Notes under the pieces: generated by a model
Seen by the model: the letters and a program-made list of their open reading frames with translations, nothing else
The model's database searches: none
Told to the model about the DNA's origin: nothing
Program-made: the position numbers and the translations under genes
Origin: Octopus vulgaris
Lineage: Eukaryota
Reading direction: 5' to 3'
Length of the DNA: 64,000 nt
NCBI GenBank assembly: GCA_951406725.2
Contig: OX597831.1
Span: 26,288,001 to 26,352,000, forward strand
Part shown: positions 40,885-52,442 of the stretch, in pieces
How the letters are laid out: each line of letters opens with the position of its first letter
Numbering within the stretch: the first letter of the stretch is position 1

Positions 40885-41108
40885 TTTCTTTACTACCCAC
40901 AAGGGGCTAAACATAGACGGGACAAATAAGGACAGACAAACGGATTAAGTCGATTACATCGACCCCAGTGAACTGGTACTTGATTTATCGACCCCGAAAG
41001 GATGAAAGGCAAAGTCGACCTCGGCAGAATTTGAACTCAGAACGTAGCGGCAGACAAAATACCGCTAAGCATTTCGCCCGGCATGCTAACGTTTCTGCCA
41101 GCTCGCCG
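40885..41108 (-). mobile_element. Young SINE type B
   Basis: CpG-rich; flanked by ctgtgtg(c/t)atatataca duplication at about 40868 and 41109. Confidence 0.9.
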
Positions 41109-41152
41109 CTGTGTGTATATATACACACTGTGTGTATATACACACTCTGTGT

Positions 41153-41191
<39 letters not shown>

Positions 41192-41520
41192 CATACTTAT
41201 AAATTCTGATAAATTAATTAATTTTGAAATCATTTATGGTTTCAAAAATACTGTATGTTCAGTATTGCTTTTTAACCCCTGTATGTATAATTATGTGTAT
41301 CTACCGTTAATTAGTTCTTCTATGATTACAAATTAAGAAAAACATATTATTTTTTTCTATGACCTACTTATGTTCCAGCTGGTGCAATTCAATGCCTCAC
41401 TTCTTCACCAAACACTCAGTCCATTAGAATTAAAGGAAAATTCATGCATTTTGCCTTCTCAAATATTGCAATATTTTCATAGATATTTTACACACAAAAA
41501 TACAGACAGATAGATATATA

Positions 41521-41563
<43 letters not shown>

Positions 41564-41564
<1 letters not shown>

Positions 41565-42057
41565 TGGCCCAGTGGTTAGGGCAGTGGTCGTAGGATCGCG
41601 GTCTCGATTCCCAGACAGGACATTGTGAGTGTTTATTGAGCCAAAACACCTAAAAGCTCCACGAGGCTCCAGCAGGGGGTGGTGGCGATCCCTGCTGTAC
41701 TCTTTTTCCACAATTTTCTCTCACTCTTTCTTCTCTTGGCCTGCTTGCTTAGCCAACGGGGTGGCGTCATTTGAAGGCTAAAACAATGTGAAGCGCATTG
41801 TGACCAGTTGGTGGCACGTAAAAAGCACCAACTGATTGTGTGGCCACTGCCAGCCTCCTCTGGCACCTGTGCAAGTGGCACGTAAAAAGCACCCACTACA
41901 CTCTCGGAGTGGTTGGTTTTAGGAAGTGCATCCAGCTGTAGAAACATCACCAGATCAGACTGGAGCCTGGTGCAGCCTTCTGGCTTCCCAGGCCCCAGAC
42001 GAACCGTCCAACCCATGCTAGCATGGAAAACGGACATTAAACGATGATGATGATGAT
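41564..42057 (+). mobile_element. Chimeric SINE: 14247-type head/body plus type C 3' module
   Basis: 41564-41730 matches 14257-14430; 41810-42057 matches type C ending in (GAT)n. Confidence 0.8.
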
Positions 42058-42380
42058 CACACACACACACACACACACACCTATTCACACATCTATATGC
42101 ACATACATTTATGATGGGATCTCCTGTCAAAGACGATGTATGGGTGTTCAGCTTTTTTCCAAATAACCGGCACAAATTTGTTTGTGGTAACCAAATGTTT
42201 GTGCCACCCATTAGCTCACTCTCTTCACTCAATTGACATTGACTGAACAGGTGCATGGTGCACCACATGTCAGGTGTCAAAGTGATTACGGAACAACATG
42301 AGAGATGAAATGTTTTGCTCAAGAACACAACACACCACCCGATCTGGGGATTGAAACTATGATCTCACCACCATCATAGT

Positions 42381-42606
42381 TATTTCTTTACTACCCACAA
42401 GGGGCTAAACACAGAGGGGACAAACAAGGACAGACAAACGGATTAAATCGATTACATCGACCCCAGTGCATAACTGGTACTTAATTTATCGATCCCGAAA
42501 GGATGAAAGGCAAAGTCGACCTCGGCGGAATTTGAACTCAGAACGTAATGCCAGACGAAATAGGGCTATGCATTTCGCCCGGCATGCTAATGCCTCTGCC
42601 AGCTCG
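42381..42606 (-). mobile_element. SINE type B nested in a minus-strand type D SINE
   Basis: 13-bp TSD ccaccatcatagt at 42368-42380 and 42607-42619. Confidence 0.9.
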
Positions 42607-43064
42607 CCACCATCATAGTGCAACACCCTAACCACTAAGTCATGCATCCTCTCCCAAGTCTCTTTCTTTTCAGAATCATTAAAAGCAAATGCACCATCAT
42701 CCCTGCAGACACATTCTCTCCTGTGACATCACAATTTTCTTTTGCACACTGTCTTGCAATCTGAAATACTTTAGTTGATTGGTTCTCACATCGCTGAACA
42801 TTGGCAAACTTCCTCTTTTCTGCTTCTTCCTTGTACCAAACCTCGTGTCTTCGCCATCAAGAATAAGGACCTAGTACTGTAACAACATGGGTTTAAAGAA
42901 TTTACATATATATCCCTCTATACACGATCATACAAACCCTTTTTATATATATATGTATATATATATAACGGGAAGCTTTATGAAAATAAACAAAAGACGA
43001 AGGCAAGTGGAATACAAACAAACAATTGTATTAGTATGGCGCTCAGGAATATAAATAAAACAAG

Positions 43065-43102
43065 TCTTTTACGTTTCGAGCCTACGCTCTTCAACAGAAA
43101 GA
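43065..43102 (-). ncRNA. Minimal type-I hammerhead ribozyme-like motif (Penelope type)
   Basis: Minus strand: UCUUU-CUGUUGA-A-GAGC-GUAG-GCUC-GAAA-CGUA-AAAGA. Perfect 5-bp helix I, 4-bp helix II, palindromic loopless helix III (ACGU), GUA cleavage triplet. Core A6 is U. Confidence 0.7.
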
Positions 43103-43686
43103 TACACAGAAAAGAAACACAGAGAGAAACAAGGAGAGAAAAAAAATGCGTGCAGAAGCTAGCGAATCAACATGGCGATGTATATATATACACATGCTAA
43201 TACAAGACCCACATTAAACTCCTCACTCATATCACTATCGAACCAAGAGTTTAACTACTATGGCCTGTCCATAGCACTTAATTAGCGTTACCTGCCACTC
43301 TTTGGATCTGCTAAATACCTGTACCTTTTATATATCATTGATTAACAGAAATATTGTACCGAAGTAGTAGGCTAAACAAATTGCATACAGTTTGCTTTTA
43401 GTTCTCACAACTCTAATAGCAGGTGAAAAAAGTGATCTATGATTGAATTGTGTCAGCTGGAATATTATCTAGGTCAAAGAACACATAAAACGTTGGTAAT
43501 TAGTTGTCATAGAAGAATTAATTTGCAACAAATAAAATAGATACACAAACAGGAAAGAAAAAACTTAATGAACATTCATTACATATATGCTGATATCAAA
43601 AATATAAATAAATATAGGAAGTTGGAGATGGTCATCTTTTGCTAATTAATCATACGTACTATATATTTCATACTTGATATTCACTT

Positions 43687-44764
43687 TATTATTGTTGTTG
43701 TTATTATTTAAGATGTCACACAGTACCCAATATCACAATGTTGTTGATTGAAGATATTGTGTCTACTGGGGGTTTATACTGTTTGTTAAGTCACAACAAG
43801 GACTTCAGATGGGCAGTACTTTACACAATATGTGTGCAGTTCGAAGTAGTGTGTACTTTTACGATACACCTAGATTCTAAGGTATTTCTGAAGTTTCCAG
43901 ATTTGTTTTTCAGACTGAGTGGCATTGAACACAATGCTCCAATGACAATAGGAACAACCTTTATGTTTGACTCTCATAGCTGCCACATGTTAGTTATCTC
44001 AATTCTCAGGTCTCCATATTTAGCAATATTTTCTCTTTCTTTCATGATAATATGTTGATCTCCTGGCACTGCCACATCGATTATTAGGCACTCTTGTTTG
44101 TCCATCCTAAAGGTTACTATATTTCCAGCCTTCAGTCCCTAACACCTTGTCTGTCTGGAATTCAAAGTCCCAGAGAATTTTCGCCTTCCCTTTTTCATTC
44201 ATTACCTTTTCCAATGTATGTTGGCACCAAGCAACCCCTTACCTCATATCCATACTTACAGCATAGTAGCCAGTGGAGGGTTTGGGCTACCTTGTCATGT
44301 CTGTACTTGTACTCTTTTTGTGCAAGACTTTCACAAGCACTAACAATGAGAGTCATGCTTTTGACCCTCTTTTGACCTCTGTAGAGGTTCGTTACACTTG
44401 TGTGGTATACATCCCTTTCCACTGAGTTAGTATTCAATGCCTGATCCCGGGCAGCAATGATTAGGCTTTCAGTATTCTTTTTTAGGTCACCCTTTCTGAG
44501 CCACCTCCATGACGCTTCTTGGTTTTTTGAGCTATTAGGTTCACAGTAGAACTGACCATGTAATTCCATGTGGAGTAGGGTTTCTTCTCTCTCGTTGGCT
44601 GTTCTTGATTGGAATTCCTGAGCACTCTCAAGTCCATTTTTGGTAAATCCTTCCGCATTAGCAGCATACTGTAGCAGGTCTTGTTGCTGTTTACCAAATA
44701 TTCTGCCAAGTTTCTTCTTTCACTGTTGATGCACTCCCGTATGCTAATTAGCCCATGTCCACCT
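43687..44764 (-). mobile_element. R4/Dong-like non-LTR retrotransposon remnant (zinc knuckle and restriction-like endonuclease region)
   Basis: GGHGL; LHGQF..WRWLRKGDLKKNTESLIIAARDQAL..LAQKEYKYRHDKVA..HW; KILWDFEFQTD; CLIIDVAVPGD..AKYGDL; VVPIVIGAL. Frameshifted, with (TAA/CAA)n tail. Confidence 0.9.
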
Positions 44765-44979
44765 ATTTGTCCCTCCACCATCGCTTGACAACCGATGTTC
44801 ATGTGTTTATGTTCCCGTAACTTAGCGGTTTGACAAAAGAGACTGTTAGAATAAGTACAAGGCTTACAAAAAATAAGTCCTGGAGTTGATTTTCTCAACT
44901 ATAGGTGGTGCTCTAGCATGGCCACAGTCAAATGACTGAAACAAGTAAAAGAATATATATTATACATATATATATATAC

Positions 44980-45036
<57 letters not shown>

Positions 45037-45554
45037 CAGTGTAACAAGCGTTATCCCAAGAAATAACAAATTAACCGAGAAAGTCATGTGTAAATCAGGA
45101 AACATATTAATACTGGTTGAAGATAAAATTATTGACTGTGCCATACTACCTGCTGCATTCATCTGGATAAATAGCTTTAGATTCAATAGTTTCTGTGCAT
45201 TCTCACTGTGTAAGTTATAGTTCTGTGTATGCAAGTGTTCATGCAGTGTATAGATGAGTGTGTAGTGTGTGTATTTTTTTACTTTAGAATTTATAACATT
45301 AACTCTTTAAGTCTTTAGCATTTCAACCAGTCATATCTGGTCTAAGTATTCTACCTGTTTTACATTCAGACCAGCCTCTCACATTTACCTCACAATGTCG
45401 TTCTAAACATAACCAATCACATCATCGAAATCTCAAAGCTACAAGATAATGCCTGATTAATTCAAAACAATGTTAATTACATGAGGGGTATGTTTAATAG
45501 AATGATCTGAATGCCCCAGAGTAGTATTTTAAGGGCCCCTGACAAATTTTGCTT

Positions 45555-45608
45555 TTAAGATTCCTGGCTTTCACCCAGGCGGCCTGGGTTCAATTCCCGG
45601 CATGGGAA
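45555..45608 (+). pseudogene. 5'-truncated tRNA-Glu(TTC) sequence at the head of a SINE-like element
   Basis: Anticodon arm CCTGG-CT-TTC-AC-CCAGG, T arm CTGGG-TTCAATT-CCCGG, acceptor 3' strand CATGGGA-A. The 5' acceptor strand and most of the D arm are missing. Confidence 0.8.
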
Positions 45609-46310
45609 CGCTTTCTATGGCTGATGCCAGCGCCGCCTTGACTGGCTTCCGTGCAGGTGGCACGTAAAAAGTACCCACTACACTCACGGAGTGGTTGGCG
45701 TTAGGAAGGGCATCCAGCTGTAGAAACACTGCCAGATCAGACTGGAGCCTGATGCAGCCTTCTGGCTTCCCAGATCCCTGGTCAAACCGTCCAACCCATG
45801 CTAGCATGGAGAACGAACGTTAAACGATGATGATGATGATATCGAAATCGAAAATAAATTCGATGACTGGCATCCATGCTAGTGGAGTACTAAGAGCACC
45901 ATCCGAGCATGATCATTGCCAGAGCAGCTAACTGGCTTCTGTGCTGGTGGCACATGAAAAGCACCATTCAAGTGTGATCATTACCAGCCTTACTGGCACT
46001 TGTGTTGGTGGCACATGAAAAAAACATTTAGCGAGGTCATTGCCAGTGCTGCTGGACTGGCTCCTGTGCAGGTGGCATGTAAAAAACACCATTTGAGTAT
46101 GGCTGTTGCCAGTAACACCTGACTGGCCCTCGTGCCAGTGGTACATAAAAGCATCCACTACACTCGGAGTGGTTGGCGTTTGGAAGGGCATCCAGTTGTA
46201 GAAACTCTACCAGATCAGATTGGAGCCTGGTGCAGCCATCTGGTTCACCAGTCCTCGGTCAAATCGTCCAACCCATGCTAGCATGGAAAGTGGACATTAA
46301 ACAATGATGA
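45609..46310 (+). mobile_element. Two tandem type C elements, the second with five internal units of about 64 bp
   Basis: Each ends ggaagggcatccag...catgctagcatgg...(gat)n; units start at 45867, 45932, 45993, 46057 and 46123. Confidence 0.85.
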
Positions 46311-46806
46311 TATGTATTTATTGCAAGAAACAACTAGGTTTTATTTCTCTAGTTTTATACAGTTCAACATGTTTCCAGACACTGAATCATGTCCTCTCAG
46401 AGAGTGCAATTGCAAACTTACACAAATGCATGTGTGAAAATCAAAATAGGAATTTCGGAAGAAGTATCTATAAAATAACTTTTTAAACATCAAATGGCAA
46501 TGGTGGAGAGGTCCACTAGAGTGAAAAAAAATCGGGGGGGGGGGGGGGCATGAGTAAAAAATGGTCAGGAACTGCTGATCTACCGAATTTCACACACAAG
46601 TTAGTGGGCAAGCTAAACTTATCCAAAAGACATTTGTCTAAGGTGCCCTGGGGTGGGGCAGAACCCCGACCCAAATAGTTGCAAAGTGAACCTTTTAACC
46701 ATTTGGCCATACCGCAAATATGTATGTGTATCAGGTGTGTATATTCCGGGTGTGCTAGGTGTGTACTGCACACCCATCGAAAATGGTAAAGTCATTATAA
46801 TATTAA

Positions 46807-47028
46807 CCCTTTTGATACCAACCCGACCAAAACTGCCTCTGGCTCTATAGTACCAATGTCTTGTTTCCATAAGTTTTGAATTAAAATCTTCCACCAAACC
46901 TTAGTCACAATTTATGTTCCTAACACTAGCTTAATGATAACCAAGTTATTTTACTAAATTCTTTGTTATATTTCAAATTAATTGAAAGAAACAGAGAGCA
47001 TCTCAACGGAAATACGGTAACAAAAGGG
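46807..47028. mobile_element. piggyBac-like MITE family 1, intact
   Basis: TTAA TSD at 46803-46806 and 47029-47032; TIR CCCTTTTG(A/T)TACC. Confidence 0.9.
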
Positions 47029-47919
47029 TTAACCTTGCTCATTAATTCAATCCCAAATCTTAATGGAAAACCTTTGTTATACTCCTGGTTGAAATTTGGT
47101 GGCATTGGGTGTGGCATAACACCCAACACAACAACCACCATATGCCACTGGTATGTTTGTGCTTGTGTGTGCGTGTTTATATAGAAAGAGAGACACATAA
47201 TGTCAGTTCGGTTGAAATATTGGGTATGTGATAATATGGGCCCCACTCTACCCTTGTTCAGATTATCTGAATGATAAGTTCTATGTCTGTTTTCATCTTG
47301 AGTTTGTAATGAATAAGGAAAATGTCCAATATTAAAAAGCAGTTGTTCCAGCAAAGGCCACTCCATCAAGTTAACAAGGAAAATATGTCTGAACTAAACA
47401 AAATACAAATCAGCATAACTATAAGTCTGTGGTGAGTGAATCTTGTCGAACAGTCATCTATCTATGTAATGCTAATACATTTTGTTAGGTGCCTCACTAA
47501 TTCTGTTCCTGATAGCCAAACATTTTAGCATTTCTCCTATAATAGCAGAGGATGTTGTGGTGTTTTCGGCTTTCATCTATCTAATTGCTGCCTCTGATGG
47601 TATTGCACAAATATTTATGGCTGTCATTCCAGTCTCTTCATCCAATTAATGTTTCCAGTCTAGTTGCTCATAACTACTTTTGTGTGTGTCTGTGCATGTG
47701 TGAGAGAGAGAAAATGAGAAAGATAATACTGTATACAACATATGTATATTTTGTTGGCATAAAGTTATATGTAGATGTATGTATATATGTATAAACTTTA
47801 TATTACAGTTTGTTCTGATGGTGTAGTGAAAGCTCAAAAGTAATGAATTTCAAACCGATGTATTATTTCTAACTAAAATATATTCTTCCTCAGCAATGCA
47901 GTTTTATAGATGAATGACC

Positions 47920-47958
<39 letters not shown>

Positions 47959-47960
47959 AT

Positions 47961-47991
<31 letters not shown>

Positions 47992-48058
47992 ATACACACA
48001 TACATAGATATATACACATATACATATTGCCGCAGTCAAATGACTGAAACAAAGAAAA

Positions 48059-48094
<36 letters not shown>

Positions 48095-48129
48095 GTAAAT
48101 GTAATATGTGACAATTATTCGGTAGCCAA

Positions 48130-48190
48130 GATAAAACTCCGAGTTTCGGATGCCGAGGTGGAAATCCACATCACCATCTTTTCAGTTATC
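48130..48190 (-). ncRNA. Degenerate type-I hammerhead ribozyme-like motif
   Basis: Minus strand: GAUAA-CUGAAAA-GAUG..GUGGA-UU-UCCAC..CAUC-C-GAAA-CUC-G-GAG-U-U-UUAUC. Helix I GAUAA/UUAUC, long helix II, near-palindromic helix III. Core G8 is A. Confidence 0.6.
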
Positions 48191-48745
48191 CCGCCATCGG
48201 AAAAACCCTGTTGGAAAGTGTTAAAAGACTAAACAAAATTTTATTTTGTTTATAAGCTTTTGTTATCTTACCGTTTTTATCAATATATATATATATCTTT
48301 TCTGCTGTAGGCACAAGGCCTGTATATATATATATATATATATATACATATATAAATAAATAACTATATATGTGTACATATATATATATATATACATACA
48401 CATACATTCACATGCGCTCCACTGCATACACACACAAGTACACATATAGGATTCAATGTCAGAATAATTGAATTATTTGCTCAAGGAATTAGTGAGTGGC
48501 TGAGTTCTTCATAGCTACATATGCCCTTAATGTAATTCTAAGGTAGAATCAGCATGACAGTGTGTGTGATAAGACTAATATCTTTAAATTACAGATACAA
48601 TGCATCTGAGCAGCTTCTATGCAGTTTACATCTACACAATTTCACTCACCAGTCATGGGTCAACCCAAAGATATAGAAAATGACATTTGCTCAAGATTCC
48701 ACACAGTGAGATTGAACCTAGGACCTCATCATTGCAAATCAAATG

Positions 48746-49560
48746 CAAAGTGGTTTCAAAAAGTTCCCAAATTAGTCATGTTTAATACAAAATAACTTAT
48801 TTACCTAAGTTTTAACATCATCTCCTTTGAAACAGTCACATTGTGTAGCATTCCTGCACTAGCCCCAGCATTCTTGCCACTTTTGGAATTCTGCCTGGAA
48901 ATCGTTTTCCATAAGTGAGCTGAGGACCTTCTGTGATTTGCTCTGGATCTCAATAACAGTGTTAAAACAGTGACCTTTGAGCTGCATTTTCATCTTGGGG
49001 AAGGGATGGAAGTCCACAGGTGCTGAATCTAGTAAACAGGGTGAGTGCAAAAGTGATACCATGATGTATTTGGCAAGGAGAGCTCTCCACAGATCCTGTT
49101 TTTCTTACTGAATTTTCTCCTTCAAATGCTTCAAAACATTGCAGTAGAACTCTAAATTGTTGATCTGGCCCTGGGAGACAAATTCTCACTCCACGATACC
49201 ACATCATGCTCATGAAAGGTCTTTCCAGATTGCTTATCGCTTTCCAAAGATGTTCTTCCACTTTTGAAGTGCTCATGCCACTCAAATCATTGCATGCAAC
49301 TCTTTGCCTCAACTCAATAAGCTTGCTGAAACATACTCAATATCTCATTAGCAGACTTGCCAAGTTTTGCGCAAAATTTCACATTGGATCTTTGTTCCTG
49401 TCCATGACAACACCACAGATTACAGCAGACATGTGATCACAAAAACACATATTCCACAACTTGCGAAGTAAACACAGCCATGTCACTGCCTCAGAAAGGT
49501 CACTACTAGCTCTCACTGCACATGTAACCATGTGCTGCTATCTATTGGTGTGCTACAAAA
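48746..49560 (-). mobile_element. Internally deleted mariner element
   Basis: N-terminal EQRSNVKFCAKLGKSANE and C-terminal HSPCLLDSAPVDFHPFPKMKMQLKGHCF..ENDFQAEFQKWQECW motifs. Confidence 0.85.
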
Positions 49561-50040
49561 CTTTCTTCAGTTTCTCTAAGCCTGGCAAAAGAACACGGAA
49601 TGTTGGACCTTAAAACCAGGAACTTTTCATCATTCCCTTGTATTTATTCACCTTGTTTTGATTTAGTTATGCATTACGTCATAGCGTCATAGCTTTCATA
49701 TTTCAATGATGTGATTGTTTATTTTTAGAATAACATTATAGGGTAGGTGTGAGAGGTTTAATCTGGCCAGTTTGAACATATAAGAGGGAGAATATTTGTG
49801 CCAGGTGTAGCTGATTTAAAGGTTTAGGGTAAATGTGATTGTGACTATTTTGTACATATGTATTGGGTTGTTGCAAGCGGACGTTAAATGATGATGATGA
49901 TGATGATATATATATATATATATGAATGCATAAATTAATTATAAGAATAGGGATTTGTATATCCAGTTTTATTCTGCTTTCAATCACATCATTCCATTTC
50001 TGCACCTACATATGTTTCTGCCACAATATAGATACATGAA

Positions 50041-50082
<42 letters not shown>

Positions 50083-50101
50083 TGTGTGTGTGTACATAAT
50101 C

Positions 50102-50495
50102 TTTTTACTCTTTACTTGTTTCAGTCGTTTGACTGTGGCCATGCTGGAGCACTGCCTTTAGTTGAGCAAGTCAACCCCAGGACTTATTCTTTGTAAGCCA
50201 AGTACTTATTCTATCGGTCTCTTTTGTCAAACCGCTAAGTTACAGGGACATAAACACACCACCATCGGTTGTCAAGCGATATTGGGAGGACAAACACAGA
50301 CACACAAACAAATACACATATACATATATATACATATATACGACAGGCTTCTTTCAGTTCCCATCTACCAAATCCACTTACAAAACTATGGTCAACCTAA
50401 TGCACGCCATAGTGGAAGACATTTAACCAAAGTACCATGCAGGGGGATTGAACCCAGAACCATGTGGTTGGTAAGCAAGCTACTTACCACACACC
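50102..50495 (-). mobile_element. SINE type A, near full length
   Basis: Reverse complement of 9252-9654; accounts for the spurious 193-aa ORF. Confidence 0.88.
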
Positions 50496-51523
50496 TATCC
50501 CTGTATATATATATATACATACATTTATGTATCTATAAACACACACAATATATATATGTGCATGTGGTTATGTATGTGTGTGTGTATATATATATATACA
50601 TACACATGTACACATGCATTTTGAACTTTACTTCATCAACTCACTTGAAGATTGAATCCTCTTTCATCTTCTTTCAATCTTTACCATATGAACTGCTGAT
50701 CCATATAATGTGTATCATGCTATCGTTAATAGTGGTTATGTGACTTCAAGACTAATTCTTACTTTAGAAGCTCTATGAGATAACTAGATCAGCTAATGTT
50801 TGATCTGTAGATTCTTAGCAGAAGTTCATATCATTTTTACCACAGTAAAACTTTTTCTTTGCTTTTTGTTTTTTTGTTCTAGAGAGTTTCTTTTCGCTGA
50901 CATTTTAGATTGAGCCTGATATTATCGACTGAAGACCTTTTTTGTGTTTGTATTTGTCTGAAAGGAGACCCTTCACCATTTAAGTTGATGCCAATAAGTT
51001 TAAAGTTTTGCAATTGTTTCTAATGTTCTTAGCATTAGAACTTTTTCAAGTCTCTCTTAGAAAGAGAATAACAAATAACACACGAGCAAACTGTTTAGAG
51101 CTTTACTTACTTTGGCCCTGTTCGGGCACCTTAAATAATAGTGATTGACCAGTGAAATTTTTGGATTATTTAATCCCTAATGAGGACCTGACATCTTCTA
51201 ATTGACTATATATATATATATATTCCACAAATCACAAGTCTCTTAAGAGGGATGTTGGACTACACTTCAAACATCCTAGGCTGTGATCTTAAGAGATGTG
51301 ATTTTTGGAATCATGCATAGCAATGCATTAAATGTTTATAAATTCCATCCAAGGATTATTGTTATTATTATTACATTTATCCTATATTATATCAGTACAG
51401 CATGAGGCAACCCCGGAAAACTGGTTCACCTGTTAGCGTCATTAGGTTGTAGTGGTCAGCATAAGAGTATAGGAGTCTTATTTGCATATTCAAAATGTTT
51501 CCCATAAACAAACTTAAAAGATG

Positions 51524-51555
<32 letters not shown>

Positions 51556-52395
51556 AAAACTTTGCTTAGCTGAGAAGAGAATAATCCTGAAATATTCACA
51601 TGATCTGAGCACCTTTGTGAACTCAAAAAGTAATTTTTTAACAGGTACCCTCATGATAGTAAATTCATTTGAGAAACATAGTCTTGAATAGTAAAACTTC
51701 TTACATACCAGTATTCTAAACTTAACTAAGAAGAATATTCTTCTAGATTGGTAAACTCACCCTGCTTATTATTTTTATTATCATCATTATCATCATATCA
51801 GTTACATTGTCCATCTGTATTTTGGAAGTTCTCTAGTCGTAAAACTTATTACTGGTTCCTTTCTTCATCTATTTGTAGGTTCTGAAGTTTTACCAAACAG
51901 TGTAGCACTATGACATTCCTTTCTTTCCTTCAAACTTTCATATGAATTCACAAATTGTATTTACCCTTCCACTGTATCAATCCAACGTGATTACTTTATT
52001 ATCATCACACAAAGTTGCTGGATTGTGATGCCCCTCCCCCCAAACACACACAAACCACTTCAGTCTCTTCAACTAACAAATAATCATCATTAAACCAAAA
52101 CATCACACATACAAGTGTCATTAAAAACAATTCTTTTACACCAGTGCTGTCAATAGAAACTTTCTTACACAGGACAGAGGACAACCCTATCATCTGCCAC
52201 TCACAGCAGTCTGCTAGGACGACCAATTGTATTGATTTCTCTCTCATGCATATATGCAAGTGAGACAAAAATGGGAGTGTATGACATTCATGGATTTCTT
52301 CTATGGCGTTGAACAGGAATCAAAACTGAGTCTCTAGACATTTATTTCAATTCTCAAGCAACCACAATTCATAAATATTTTTATATTTCTACTCA

Positions 52396-52442
<47 letters not shown>

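Noticed and set aside
45867-46160. CRISPR-like repeat/spacer appearance
   Set aside because: Eukaryotic context, degenerate repeats, linkers related to each other, no cas genes; it is internal to a SINE.
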